DNA from: an uncultured Alphaproteobacteria bacterium
Lineage (GTDB): Bacteria > Pseudomonadota > Alphaproteobacteria > Micropepsales > Micropepsaceae
Assembly (NCBI GenBank): GCA_963715545.1
Contig: OY970252.1
Span: forward strand, 763,522-827,521
Length of the DNA: 64,000 nt
Direction: 5' to 3'
A program made the translations under genes and the position numbers. The notes beneath the pieces are model-generated. The model worked only from the letters and a program-made list of their open reading frames with translations. It searched no databases and was not told the DNA's origin. Positions 10,732-22,547 of this stretch are shown here, piece by piece (within the stretch, counting starts at the first letter, position 1; every line of letters starts with the position of its first letter).

Positions 10732-11553
10732 ATGAGCGCGTTCAAGGCCGCCTGCGTGCAATTGCGTTCGTCCGACGACGTTGAGGACAATATCCGGATC
10801 ACCAGCGATCTTATTCGCGAAGCGAAGCGCGGCGGCGCGGATTTCGTGCTCACGCCGGAGAACACCACGCTGATGGCGCCCGATGGCGGCGCTAAATTGG
10901 ATCGCAGCTTCATCGAGGAATGCGATCCCGCATTGCCCGCCTTTCGCGCGCTCGCGGAGGAACTCGGCATCTGGCTGCTTATCGGTTCGCTCGCGATCCA
11001 GGTGAGCGCCACGAAGACGGCGAACCGCTCCTTCCTGATCAATCCGCGCGGTATGATCGCGGCGCGCTACGACAAGATCCATCTGTTCGACGTCGATCTG
11101 CCGTCGGGCGAGAAATATCGCGAATCGAACACGGTCGCGGGCGGCCACGAGGCGCGGCTGGCGCAGACGCCATGGGGCAAGATCGGCATGACGATCTGCT
11201 ACGACGTGCGTTTCCCGCAGCTTTATCGGGAGCTGGCCAAGCACGACGCGTTTGCGCTGACGGTTCCGTCCGCCTTCACCGAGACGACGGGCAAAGCGCA
11301 CTGGCATGTGTTGCTGCGCGCTCGCGCCATCGAGAACGGCGCGTATGTGCTGGCGCCGGCGCAGGGCGGCGTGCACGCGAACGGCCGCCACACCTACGGC
11401 CACAGCCTGATCATCGGCCCCTGGGGCGAGGTGCTCGCAGAAGGCGGCACGGACCCCGGCGTGATTTACGCGGACGTCAATCCGGCGGAAGTTTCAAATG
11501 CCCGCGCCCGCATTCCGAACCTGCAGCACGATCAACCGTTCGACGGGCCGTGA
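10732..11553 (+). CDS. Carbon-nitrogen hydrolase (Nit1-like)
   Basis: [28 protein letters not shown]. Confidence 0.93.
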   Translation: MSAFKAACVQLRSSDDVEDNIRITSDLIREAKRGGADFVLTPENTTLMAPDGGAKLDRSFIEECDPALPAFRALAEELGIWLLIGSLAIQVSATKTANRSFLINPRGMIAARYDKIHLFDVDLPSGEKYRESNTVAGGHEARLAQTPWGKIGMTICYDVRFPQLYRELAKHDAFALTVPSAFTETTGKAHWHVLLRARAIENGAYVLAPAQGGVHANGRHTYGHSLIIGPWGEVLAEGGTDPGVIYADVNPAEVSNARARIPNLQHDQPFDGP

Positions 11554-11595
11554 TCGCTCGACGTTTCGTCCACTGCGCTTCCAGAGGAATTGAAA

Positions 11596-11931
11596 ATGCC
11601 TTCCATGAAACTGGCGCGCGTGATTCTGTTTACCGCTCAGATCGATGCGATGAGCAAGTTCTATGGCGAGGTGCTCGGCCTCAGGCGCGTCACGAATGAA
11701 AAGATGTGGCGCGAATTTGCGGCGGGCGGCGCGCGTATCGCGCTGCATTCCGGCCCGCCGTCTCCCGGCCGCAAGGGTCCGAAGATCGTGTTCCATGCGA
11801 AGGATGTCGCCGCCATGCGCGCGAAGCTCGTGGCGCGCGGTGCGAAATTCGGCAAGGTCCACGAAGGCGAGTTCTGCCTGTGCGACGGCAAGGACCCGGA
11901 TGGCAATCCGATTCAACTATCCAATCGGTGA
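11596..11931 (+). CDS. VOC/glyoxalase family protein
   Basis: FYGEVLGL...KDPDGNPIQL. Confidence 0.85.
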   Translation: MPSMKLARVILFTAQIDAMSKFYGEVLGLRRVTNEKMWREFAAGGARIALHSGPPSPGRKGPKIVFHAKDVAAMRAKLVARGAKFGKVHEGEFCLCDGKDPDGNPIQLSNR

Positions 11932-11959
11932 GACTCGAACGCAGCCTGCCGACTGTATG

Positions 11960-12226
11960 TCACTGCTTTGATTCTCCGCGTAGGATCGGTGTCCAACCTT
12001 TCGACGCCATGCAGCCCTTAATGGCCTCCCAGATTTGTGCCTGTTGTTCCTGCGGCATATTTGATGGCATTTCCGATGGTTCGCTCCGGTCTTGGCAGAT
12101 TTTAGCGTCACGATCTTCTTCGACCGCAGAGCGATTTTGCCCGGTAACATCGTGCCATCTCAATTTTAGCTCGCAGCCCGTAACTACGATGAGGCACATG
12201 AGAGAAATGGCGATACGGGCTTTCAT
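11960..12226 (-). CDS. Putative small lipoprotein
   Basis: MKARIAISLMCLIVVTG-C lipobox; C-terminal CMASKGW; GAGGAG RBS. Confidence 0.65.
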   Translation of the reverse strand: MKARIAISLMCLIVVTGCELKLRWHDVTGQNRSAVEEDRDAKICQDRSEPSEMPSNMPQEQQAQIWEAIKGCMASKGWTPILRGESKQ

Positions 12227-12376
12227 CGTTGCTCCTCTAATTCTCGAGTATTCCAAGCATGTCCGAGGCCCTGGCACTGCGGCCGGTCGGTAGTGGGTCA
12301 GTTTGAAAATGTTCGCTCTTGACTGCCCTTCGGGCCTGATCCCACCCTGTCCTAAAGACAACGTGGGACCAGCATC

Positions 12377-12613
12377 ATGCCTCGACGCCCAGCCCTCCCC
12401 AAAGACCCCAGCCAGCGGGCAAAAGCCCTATTGGACATGGCGACCGGGGACAAGATGCCAGCGACACCCAAACCGCTGACTGAGGCTCAAAGGTTCGCCC
12501 GTTCGGGAGGACTCAAAGGCGGTCGTGCAAGAGCCGACAGTTTGACTCCAGAGCAGCGCCATGAAATAGCAGAAAAGGCAGCGAGGGCGCGCTGGGGGAA
12601 AAAGACGAAATGA
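12377..12613 (+). CDS. Small basic protein (KGG-motif, histone-H1-like), IS passenger
   Basis: PKDPSQRAKALLDMATG...GGLKGGRARADSLTPEQRHEIAEKAARARW. Confidence 0.8.
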   Translation: MPRRPALPKDPSQRAKALLDMATGDKMPATPKPLTEAQRFARSGGLKGGRARADSLTPEQRHEIAEKAARARWGKKTK

Positions 12614-13431
12614 CGGTCTGTATTGCGGCGAATTGCGCCGGATGTAATGCAGTGGTGGTCGCTTCGGATCGTATGCTGAGCGCCCCATTCCTGACACTCG
12701 AATTTGATCATCCAGACGCCAAAATTGACCAAGTGAGCCAGACTTGTGTGGCTCTCACGTCCGGCGACGCGCTAGCAGCTCAAGACGTGCTGGCGGACGG
12801 CGCGGGGTACGCTGGGCAGCTTCAAAACCCGTTTGTTACGAATTTCGCCGACCAGATCAGGCAGAAGTTCGTCGAGGCGCGCAAACGACTGGCGAATGAG
12901 CAGATTTTAGAGCCACGCGGAATGACCTTTGCCGATTTCTACTTGGGCGGGGCCATTACGAGACTGCCGGGCGATCTCGCGATGGTCTTGGATAACCAGA
13001 TTCAGCGCCTCCGGCTTGAGGTTTCTCTGATTCTGGCCGGCGTCGATCAGACAGGGGCTCACATCTTCTCAATCGAGGACCCAGGGACTACCGCCTGTTT
13101 CGACCGCCTCGGGTATCATGCAATCGGAAGCGGCCACCGTCACGCACTCTTAACCCTTGTCGCGCACAGTCAGTACAAGACGACTGACATAAATCGCACG
13201 GTTTTTAATGTATATTCCGCCAAAAGGGCGGCGGAAGCAGCGCCGGGAGTAGGGTCCGCGACGGAAATGCGGGTTATCACGAAGGCTGGAATTGTTGCCG
13301 TGGATCAAGCAACCCTCGCCAAACTTGAGCCATTATATGCTACGAAGATGTCCACGAAGATTGCTGAGGTTGAAGCGGGCATCAGCGATCTTCCGTTTGG
13401 AGTGAAAGACGGTGAAAAAGGAAGCGCCTAA
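12610..13431 (+). CDS. Proteasome-beta/HslV-like N-terminal nucleophile hydrolase, IS passenger
   Basis: M-T-V-C-I-A start (Thr1 after Met removal), VVASDRM, AKI, LILAGVD, FSIEDPG, YHAIGSG. Confidence 0.75.
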   Translation: MTVCIAANCAGCNAVVVASDRMLSAPFLTLEFDHPDAKIDQVSQTCVALTSGDALAAQDVLADGAGYAGQLQNPFVTNFADQIRQKFVEARKRLANEQILEPRGMTFADFYLGGAITRLPGDLAMVLDNQIQRLRLEVSLILAGVDQTGAHIFSIEDPGTTACFDRLGYHAIGSGHRHALLTLVAHSQYKTTDINRTVFNVYSAKRAAEAAPGVGSATEMRVITKAGIVAVDQATLAKLEPLYATKMSTKIAEVEAGISDLPFGVKDGEKGSA

Positions 13432-13591
13432 AGGACCGGAAGTTTGCGCTCCCGAGCGCTCTCTAGCCGTGCCTCTTGAAGTGCAATTGGAAATTGCGCT
13501 TCAAAATCAAAGGCTTGCGGAACTGCGGTACAAGACATCCGTCCAGCGTGGTCGCGCTTGGAACGCAGATGTTCGGAGGGCCGCAGGCTGA
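13412..13591 (+). CDS. Putative 59-aa small ORF overlapping the Ntn gene end
   Basis: GGAG RBS then GTG; MKKEAPKGPEVCAPERSLAVPLEVQLEIALQNQRLAELRYKTSVQRGRAWNADVRRAAG; fills most of the gap before the transposase promoter. Confidence 0.4.
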   Translation: MKKEAPKGPEVCAPERSLAVPLEVQLEIALQNQRLAELRYKTSVQRGRAWNADVRRAAG

Positions 13592-13595
13592 GTTT

Positions 13596-13636
13596 GACTT
13601 TTCGTGCTTGACAGACAAGCATGAAAGTCCTATTTA
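13596..13636 (+). promoter_or_regulatory. Transposase promoter overlapped by an inverted repeat
   Basis: TTGACA (13608) -17- TATTTA (13631); IR GACTTTTCGTGCTTG / CAAGCATGAAAGTC. Confidence 0.6.
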
Positions 13637-13643
13637 AGAGGGC

Positions 13644-14495
13644 ATGAACAAGCTCTCTTCCGAAACCCGCGCCCGCATTTTGCACCTTCTCTGCGAAGGC
13701 AATTCGATCCGCGCCACTGTGCGCCTGACCGGGGCCAGCAAGAACACAATCGCCAAATTGCTGGTCACGGCTGGTCAAGCCTGCATGGACTATCAGGACC
13801 GCACGCTGGTCAATTTGAAGTGCAAGCGGATCGAAGTTGACGAGTTGTGGAGCTTTGTCGGATCGAAGGAAAAGAACGTCCCGGCCGATAGGAAAAACAC
13901 GGGCGAGATGGGCGACGTTTGGACGTGGGTTTCGATCTGCGCCGAAAGTAAGCTCGTTCCCGTATGGTATATCGGCGACCGTGACAGTGAAGCGGCGATG
14001 TTCTTCATGGACAAGCTGGCGAAGCGTTTGGCGAACCGCGTCCAACTGACCAGCGACGGCCATGCGCCGTATCTTGAAGCCGTCGAGGGCGCGTTCGGTG
14101 CCGATATCGACTATGCGATGCTGATCAAAATTTACGGCAAATCCAGCGACAACGAGAAACGGTACAGCCCCGCTGAGTGCATCGGATCGGTCAAGAAAGC
14201 GATTGAAGGAAAGCCCGTCAAAAGGTTGGTTTCAACGTCCTACGTTGAACGGAACAACGGCATTATCCGTCAGCATTGCAAGCGGTATGCGCGCCTCACG
14301 CAGGCTTTCAGCAAGAAACTGGAAAACCACATTTACGCCTTCGCCCTCCACACGATGTACCACAACTTCGTGAAAATCAGCGGCGCTCACAAAATGAGCC
14401 CGGCCCAAGCCGCTGGCGTCGACTCCCGCCTTTGGGAAATTGAGGATATGGTGGCGATGATTGAGGCGTGGGAGGCGGCTAACACCGCAGGCTAA
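13644..14495 (+). CDS. IS1-family DDE transposase
   Basis: N-terminal HTH (EGNSIRATVRLTG), EVDELWSFV, QLTSDG, TSYVERNN, RLTQAFSKK. Confidence 0.9.
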   Translation: MNKLSSETRARILHLLCEGNSIRATVRLTGASKNTIAKLLVTAGQACMDYQDRTLVNLKCKRIEVDELWSFVGSKEKNVPADRKNTGEMGDVWTWVSICAESKLVPVWYIGDRDSEAAMFFMDKLAKRLANRVQLTSDGHAPYLEAVEGAFGADIDYAMLIKIYGKSSDNEKRYSPAECIGSVKKAIEGKPVKRLVSTSYVERNNGIIRQHCKRYARLTQAFSKKLENHIYAFALHTMYHNFVKISGAHKMSPAQAAGVDSRLWEIEDMVAMIEAWEAANTAG

Positions 14496-14737
14496 TGGAA
14501 GATAAACCACCGCGTTGGGTGCCGCGCCTTTCGGCTGCGGTCCATTTGGGTATTGCGGCTTGCATCATCATCTTTTGGCCCCCGGAGCCGCACACGCTGG
14601 CATACTGGGTTCGCGGCGCAATATTCACCCTCATGGCGTATTGGGGACTTCAAGCCCTGTGGCACGGTTTTTTTGTGTCTGATGCGCGAGTCAGAGAGCT
14701 TGTTGACGGCGATCTGCACGGCAAAAATTCAAACTGA
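14495..14737 (+). CDS. Small 2-TM membrane protein ending in the right IR, IS passenger
   Basis: 80-aa ORF coupled to the tnp stop (TAATG), two hydrophobic stretches. Confidence 0.55.
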   Translation: MEDKPPRWVPRLSAAVHLGIAACIIIFWPPEPHTLAYWVRGAIFTLMAYWGLQALWHGFFVSDARVRELVDGDLHGKNSN

Positions 14738-14826
14738 CCCACTACCGGCCGGTCCGCTCGCTTGCAGAACACGCCATTTACGCCCATCTTGTGTGTTGAA
14801 TCTATGACAACCTCGGAGCACCACGC

Positions 14827-15243
14827 GTGATCGTTTACAGTCTTCATTGCCCGAAGGGGCATGCGTTCGAAGGCTGGTTCCGGGACAGCGGCGCGTTCGA
14901 TGCCCAGTCCGCGGACGGCAAGCTCCTGTGCCCGGTGTGCAATTCCAAGAAGATCGAAAAATCACCCATGGCGCCCGCGCTCGCAAACTCGGTCGGCGAG
15001 TGCAAATCTGCCCCGGACGAACTGCGCAAGGCGCGCCAGTTCGTGACGGGCTTGCGCAAATATGTCGAAGCGAACGCCGAATTCGTCGGTCCGAAATTTC
15101 CCGAGGAAGCGCGTAAGATTCACTACGGCGAATCAGAAGAGCGCCATATCTATGGCGAAGCGACGATCGAGGAAGCCCGCGAGCTGATCGAGGAAGGCGT
15201 CGACGTGGCGCCGCTCCCGCCGGATTTGAGCGAAGCGAATTAG
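14827..15243 (+). CDS. DUF1178 family protein
   Basis: MIVYSLHCPKGHAFEGWFRDS...CPVC...FPEEARKIHYGE. Confidence 0.9.
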   Translation: MIVYSLHCPKGHAFEGWFRDSGAFDAQSADGKLLCPVCNSKKIEKSPMAPALANSVGECKSAPDELRKARQFVTGLRKYVEANAEFVGPKFPEEARKIHYGESEERHIYGEATIEEARELIEEGVDVAPLPPDLSEAN

Positions 15244-16401
<1,158 letters not shown>

Positions 16402-16543
16402 CTTCAAAGACAGTCGCTTCCCCCACGAGGGGGGAAGGCTAAAAAAGAAAGATTCAGGCCTCGCCTTTTTTCTAACCTTCCCCCCTTGTGGGGGAAGGTG
16501 GCACGCGGCATTAGCCGCGTGACGGAAGGGGGGCCGCGCCGAA

Positions 16544-17302
16544 CTATTCTCGCTCCGCCACCACTACATAGTTCACATCAGTGTCCGCCGACAGCCGCCA
16601 ATCCCAGCCGAGCGGATCGAATCTCACGCCTTGGGTCTTCAACACATTCAGCCCCGCGTCGCGCAACATCGCCTGCAGCCGCTTCGGTTCCACGAAGCGA
16701 TTCCAGTCATGCGTGCCGCGGGGCAGCCAGCCCAGGACATATTCCGCGCCGAACTTGGCGAGCGCGAGCGCCTTCAACGTCTTGTTCAACGTCGCGACGA
16801 ACATCAGCCCGCCGGGCTTCACGAGAGCGGCGCAAGCCTGAAGATAGGATTTCAGATCGGCCACATGCTCGATCACTTCCATGTTGAGCACGACATCGAA
16901 TGCATCGCCCGACTCGGCCAGCGCTTCGGCCGTCGTGCAGCGGTAGTCGATGCCGACGCCGGATTTCTCCGCATGGCCCGACGCGATGCGGATATTGCGG
17001 TCGGAGGCGTCCGCGCCCGTCACAGTAAATCCCAACCGGGCCATCGGCTCCGAGAGCAGCCCGCCGCCGCAGCCGATATCGAGCAGCGAAAGCCCTTCGA
17101 AGGGATGGAGGCTTCGCGCGTCGCGGCCGAAATGCTTCGACACGGTGTCGCGGATGAAGCCCAGCCGGACGGGATTGAATTTGTGCAGCGGCGCGAATTT
17201 GCCCGTCGGGTCCCACCACTCCTCAGCCATCGCGGCGAATTTCGCGACTTCCTGCGGATCGACCGAAGGGTGCGCCAAAGAAGGAGATATATTCTCGGTC
17301 AT
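16544..17302 (-). CDS. ubiG: Ubiquinone biosynthesis O-methyltransferase
   Basis: [49 protein letters not shown]. Confidence 0.95.
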   Translation of the reverse strand: MTENISPSLAHPSVDPQEVAKFAAMAEEWWDPTGKFAPLHKFNPVRLGFIRDTVSKHFGRDARSLHPFEGLSLLDIGCGGGLLSEPMARLGFTVTGADASDRNIRIASGHAEKSGVGIDYRCTTAEALAESGDAFDVVLNMEVIEHVADLKSYLQACAALVKPGGLMFVATLNKTLKALALAKFGAEYVLGWLPRGTHDWNRFVEPKRLQAMLRDAGLNVLKTQGVRFDPLGWDWRLSADTDVNYVVVAERE

Positions 17303-17387
17303 AGGACTCGTTTCGACGTTGAGCGCGGGGCGCCCGCCGTCTATGTATGCCACCAACAGTCCATTCTCGCGAGAGTCCAGGGCAGGG

Positions 17388-18625
17388 ATGTCCAAGATCG
17401 TCATGAAATTCGGCGGGACGTCGGTGGCCGATCTCGATCGCATCCGCCATGTGGCGTCCCTGGTCAAGCGCGAGGTGGATCGCGGCCACCAGGTCGCGGT
17501 GACGGTGTCGGCCATGGCGGGCGAGACCAACAAGCTCGTGGGCTGGACGCGCGAGCTTGTCGCCGCTGCATGACGCGCGCGAATACGATGTCGTGGTCGC
17601 CGCGGGCGAGCAGGTGACGGCGGGGCTGCTGGCGGTGGCGCTGTCGGCCATCGGCGTCAGCGCGCGTTCCTGGCTCGGCTGGCAGATTCCGGTCCGGACC
17701 TCCGCCATGCATGGCTCGGCCCGCATCGAAGGCGATCGATCCGACCGCTGATGAATGCAGCGGCTGGCGCGAAGGGCAGGTGGCCGTCGTCGCCGGCTTC
17801 CAGGGCATCGCGCCGGACAACCGCATCTCGACGCTCGGCCGCGGCGGCTCGGATACGAGCGCGGTGGCGGTCGCGGCCGCGCATCAGGCCGATCGCTGCG
17901 ACATCTATACCGACGTCGACGGCGTCTACACGACCGACCCGCGCATCGTCGCCAAGGCGCGCCGGCTGGAAAAGATCGCCTTCGAGGAAATGCTGGAGAT
18001 GGCGTCGCTGGGCGCCAAGGTGCTGCAGACGCGCTCGGTCGAGATCGCCATGCTTTACCGCGTGCCCGTCCGCGTGCTTTCGACCTTCGACGCCGATCGC
18101 GGGCGGCACGCTTCTTTGCGACGAGGAAGATATCGTGGAAAAGAAACCGGTCACCGGCATCGCCTATTCGCCGCGACGAAGCGAAGATCACGCTGCAGCA
18201 AGATTCCCGATCAGCCGGGCGTCGCCGCCACGATCTTCGGCCCGCTGGCCGATGCCGGCGTCAATGTCGACATGATCGTGCAGAACGTCTCGGAGGACGG
18301 CCGCAAGACCGATCTCACCTTCACGGTCGCGCGCAGCGAACTCGCGCGCGCGCTGGCGCGATCGAGAACGCACGCCAGCGCCATCGGCTATCGCGATGTC
18401 ACCTCGGACGCCAACGTCGCCAAGGTCTCGATCATCGGCATCGGCATGCGCGCCCATCCCGGCGTGGCCCAGACCATGTTCCGCACGCTGTCGGACAAGG
18501 GCATCAACATCCAGGTGATCTCGACCTCCGAGATCAAGGTGAGCGTGCTGATCGCCGAGGAGTATGTGGAGCTGGCGGTGCGCGCGCTGCATTCGGCCTA
18601 TGAGCTGGACGCGCTGAAGTCATGA
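17388..18625 (+). CDS. lysC: Aspartate kinase (frameshifted)
   Basis: [36 protein letters not shown] domains, ISTSEIKVS. Confidence 0.95.
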
Positions 18626-18658
18626 CGCATGCTCGCATGCCGCGCTAGGAATGGCTTG

Positions 18659-20938
18659 ATGTCCGTCGGCGCCGGCGGTCCCCGCCTGCTTCTGCGCCGC
18701 CTGCGCGAGATCATGGCGGAGCAGACGAGCGCGCAGACGCGCCTCGACAAGCTCGTCACCGTGATCGCCTCCAACATGGTGGCGGAAGTCTGCTCCATCT
18801 ATCTGCGCCGCGCCGGCAAGGCGCTGCGAACTGTTCGCCACCGAAGGCCTCAACCGCGACGCCGTCCATCACACGCGCCTGAAGCGAAGGCGAGGGCCTT
18901 GTCGGCCTGGTCGCGCGAAACCGCCGAGCCGGTGAACCTGAGCGATGCGCCCGGCCATCCGCACTTCTCCTATCGCCCGGAAACCGGCGAAGACCCGTAT
19001 CAGTTCGTTCCTCGGCGTGCCCATCGTGCGCGGCGGCCAGGTGTTTGGCGTGCTCACGGTGCAGAACACGGCCGCGCGCCAATATGACGAGGAAGAAGTC
19101 GAGGCGCTGCAGACCGTGGCCATGGTGCTGGCCGAAGTGGTGGCGCAGGGCGGCTTCTTCGACATCGCCGAGCTGGACGAGCCGGAGCTGCGCATCGATC
19201 GGCCGCGCACGTTCCGGGCGAGGGCTTGTCGCGAAGGCGTCGCGATCGGCCGCGTCGTGCTGCACGAGCCGCGCGTGAAGGTCGAGCGCATGATCGCCGA
19301 CAATCCGCAGGCTGAATTGAAGCGGCTGGAAGAGGCGCTCAGCGGCTTGCGCGATGTCCGTCGACGAGATGCTGGATTCCAGCGAGCTCGATCTGACCGG
19401 CGAAAGCCGCGAAGTGATCGAGGCCTATCGCCTGTTCGCGTAGGACCAGGGCTGGCGCCAGAAGCATGCGCGACGCGGTGCGCACCGGCCTCACGGCCGA
19501 AGCCGCCGTCGAGCGCGTGCAGGACGAAATGCGCCTGCGGGTGCAGCGGCTGGGCGATCCGTTCCTGCGCGAGCGGCTGCACGATTTCGACGATCTGGCG
19601 CGGCGCCTGCAGCGCCATCTCGGCGGCGAGAGCGCTCGGACGACACGCGCGATCTGCCGCAAAACGCCGTTCTCGTGGCGCGCGCGATGGGGCCGGCGGA
19701 ACTGCTCGATTATGGACGCGACGCCTGGTGGCGCTTCGTGCTGGAAGACGCCACCGCCACCTCGCATGTCGCCATCGTGGCGCGCTCGATGGGACTGCCG
19801 CTTGTCGGAGCGAACTGGAAGGCATCGCCGACACCGCGCGCGCCGGCGATCCGATCGTCGTCGACGGCGAAACCGGCGAGGCGCATTTGCGGCCGCCGGC
19901 GGAGATCGTTTCCGCGTTCGAAGCGCGTCGCGACGCTGCGCGAGCAGGCGCAGTCGCGCATTCGCCGCCGTGCGCGATCTGCCCGCCGTCACGCGGGATG
20001 GCGTGCCCATTCAGCTGATGATGAATGCGGGGCTTTTGATCGACATGCCGCATCTGGACGAATCCGGCGCGGACGGCGTCGGGCTCTTCCGCACCGAGCT
20101 GCAATTCATGATCGGCGAGACCATGCCCCGGCTCGCCGATCAGATCGCATTCTATCGCAAGATCATCGACGCTGCGGGCGACAAGCCGGTCGTGTTCCGT
20201 ACGCTCGATCTGGGCGGCGACAAAATTCTTCCCTATGGCCGCTGGGAGCGCGAAGAAAATCCGGCGCTCGGCTGGCGCGCGATCCGCATCGCGCTCGATC
20301 GTCCCGCGCTGCTGCGTTACCAGGTGCGCGCGCTGCTGATGGCCTCCGCCGACAAGGTGCTGCGCATCCTGCTTCCGATGGTGAGCGACGTGGCCGAATT
20401 CAACGCGGCGCGCGCGCTGATCGACCGCGAGCTGGAGCGGGCGCGGCTGCTCGAATCTGCCGCAGCCGCGCCAGACGCTGGTGGGCGCCATGCTGGAAGT
20501 GCCTGCGCTGATGTTCATGCTGCCGCAGATTCTGCGCAGCGCCGATTTCGTCTCGATCGGCTCGAACGATCTGTTCCAGTTCATCTTCGCCGTGGACCGG
20601 ACCAATCCGCGAGTGGCGCGCCGTTACGACGCGCTCAATCCGGCCTCGCTGACGCTGATCCGCCAGATCGTGCGCAGCGCCGCCGACGCAAACGGCGAGG
20701 TCTCGCTCTGCGGCGAAATGGCCGGTCGTCCGCTCGAAGCGATGGCGCTGATCGGGGCCGGGCATGCGCACTCTGTCGATGCAACCCGGCCAATATCGGC
20801 CCCGTCAAGATGATGATCCGCAGCCTCGATACCCGCGAGATTGCGCATTTCGTGGACCGGTTGTGCGGCCGCACGGATCATAGTTTACGCACGCGCCTTG
20901 CGGCCTTCGCCGCCGAGCGCGGAGTGGCGATCAAATGA
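18659..20938 (+). CDS. ptsP: PEP-protein phosphotransferase EI-Ntr (frameshifted)
   Basis: N-terminal GAF (NMVAEVCSIY), TSHVAIVARS, GVGLFRTELQF, RTLDLGGDK, SIGSNDL, LCGEMAG. Confidence 0.93.
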
Positions 20939-21034
20939 CGTTGCCGGACTAACGAATATCTGTAATATCCAAGCCGTAGCGCCTTGTTTTGGGGGGCGCG
21001 CTTGCATTTATCCTCGCTGGAGAAAGGGACTTCG

Positions 21035-21355
21035 ATGCGTTGTTCAGCCGTTGTTTTGGCAGGCTTTGTTGGCTTGCTTGGGCTCAGTTTCGCCGCCGTG
21101 GCCGACCCTGGCGCTCCTGCCGCCGCCGCTCCTGCCGCCGCGGCTCCTGCCGCCGCTCCCGCAGTGACGGCGCAGGTCGACGATCCCAACGAGGTGATCT
21201 GCAAGACGATGGCGCCGACCACCGGAACGCGGTTGGGCGCACGTCGCGAGTGCCAGACCCGGCGCGAATGGGACGCGGATCAAGCGCGGGCCGAGCAGAA
21301 TTTGCGGCAACAGCAAAACATCGGCAATCTTCAGCCGGGTATGCCGGGCGGCTGA
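21035..21355 (+). CDS. Secreted hypothetical protein with Ala/Pro linker and Cys pair
   Basis: Signal peptide; ICKTMAPTTGTRLGARRECQT. Confidence 0.7.
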   Translation: MRCSAVVLAGFVGLLGLSFAAVADPGAPAAAAPAAAAPAAAPAVTAQVDDPNEVICKTMAPTTGTRLGARRECQTRREWDADQARAEQNLRQQQNIGNLQPGMPGG

Positions 21356-21512
21356 CACAGCCTGTCATTGTTGTTCGAATGGGTTAGCTTGATCCCGATT
21401 TGACTCTCGGCTGCGGATTGCGCCGGCAGCGCTGACGCTTTCCGAGATTAATTCGGGGTGGAAGTTCGTGGTGCCGCTGGAGTGTCGGGCGGCTTGGCTG
21501 TATTCGTTCCCG

Positions 21513-22502
21513 ATGACCAAAGTTACCCATCTGACGCTCGACGAAAGCGGCGCTCTGAGCCGCAAGCGGATTCACCTTCGTGAAATCTCCGGCGACGCCG
21601 ATGCGCCTCTCGAAACCGTAGGTCAGGATCTGCGCGCCGCTCGCCTTCGTCGCGGCGACGATTTGGCTTCGGTTTCGCGCGTGCTCAAAATCCGCAAGGA
21701 CCATCTCGAGGCTCTGGAGGAAGACCGGCTTGAGGCGCTGCCCGGCCGAACCTACGCGGTCGGTTTCGTGCGGTCTTATGCCGATTATCTCGGTCTCGAC
21801 CCGGTTCAGTGCGTGGAGCGGTTCAAGGGCGAGATCGCCGGCCGCCAGGACAGCTCGCAGCCGGCGCCCATCGCTCCGGATTCCAGCGAATCCCGGCTTC
21901 CGCAGGGCTGGATCGTCATCGCCGTCGTCCTGCTGGGGCTGGTTTTCTACGGGGCTTATCATTTGGCAATGTCGGCGGATTCGATGCTCCGCCAGCCGGT
22001 GGCGCCCGTGCCGTCGCGGATGGAGCCCACGGCCGTCCATGCAAAGCCGCTGCCCCCCGTGCAGACGGCGGTAACGGCCCCCCCGGCGTCAGCAAACCCT
22101 GCGCCCGCGACGTCCGCCCAGGCGCCCGCTGCGGTTTCGACGCCTCCCGGCGCCGCGCCCTCAGCCCCCGACACCCAGACCGCGGCCCGCCCGCCGGGCC
22201 AGACTTATGGCCTTCAAAACATCAATCCGAGGGTGGTTTTGAGGGCCCACGCCACCACAAACGTGCTGATCGAGGGTCCGGACGGGCGGGTGCTGCTCAA
22301 CCGCGTTCTGCACCCGGGCGACAGTTACAACGTTCCCAATCTTGTGGGCGTCACACTGACGACGCAAAATGGCGGCGCGATCGCCCTGGAACTGGACGGC
22401 CAGCCGATGGGAACCGCCAGCCACAGCGACAAGGTGACCGAGGCGCTATCGTTAGACCCCCAGGCCATTGTCGACCGTTATAATAGCGGAAACCCCGGTT
22501 AA
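21513..22502 (+). CDS. rodZ: Cytoskeleton protein RodZ (HTH + TM + DUF4115)
   Basis: VGQDLRAARLRRG...LPGRTYAVGFVRSYADYLGLD, TM helix, position upstream of ispG. Confidence 0.88.
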   Translation: MTKVTHLTLDESGALSRKRIHLREISGDADAPLETVGQDLRAARLRRGDDLASVSRVLKIRKDHLEALEEDRLEALPGRTYAVGFVRSYADYLGLDPVQCVERFKGEIAGRQDSSQPAPIAPDSSESRLPQGWIVIAVVLLGLVFYGAYHLAMSADSMLRQPVAPVPSRMEPTAVHAKPLPPVQTAVTAPPASANPAPATSAQAPAAVSTPPGAAPSAPDTQTAARPPGQTYGLQNINPRVVLRAHATTNVLIEGPDGRVLLNRVLHPGDSYNVPNLVGVTLTTQNGGAIALELDGQPMGTASHSDKVTEALSLDPQAIVDRYNSGNPG

Positions 22503-22547
22503 GCGGGCCCAGGTTCAGCAGACCCGGGGGTAAGTAAGGAAGAACCG

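Larger units (their letters stand above)
12289..14746 (+). mobile_element. IS1-family transporter element with passenger genes
   Basis: 19-bp perfect terminal IR GGTAGTGGGTCAGTTTGAA (12289-12307 / 14728-14746) flanked by the 8-bp direct repeat GGCCGGTC (12281-12288, 14747-14754); DDE transposase inside. Confidence 0.93.

Noticed and set aside
12401-12415. KDPSQ in the small IS1 protein as a Connectase-type KDPGA recognition site for the adjacent Ntn protein
   Set aside because: Only three residues match, and a similar PxDP motif seems intrinsic to this small-protein type; not supportable without experiment
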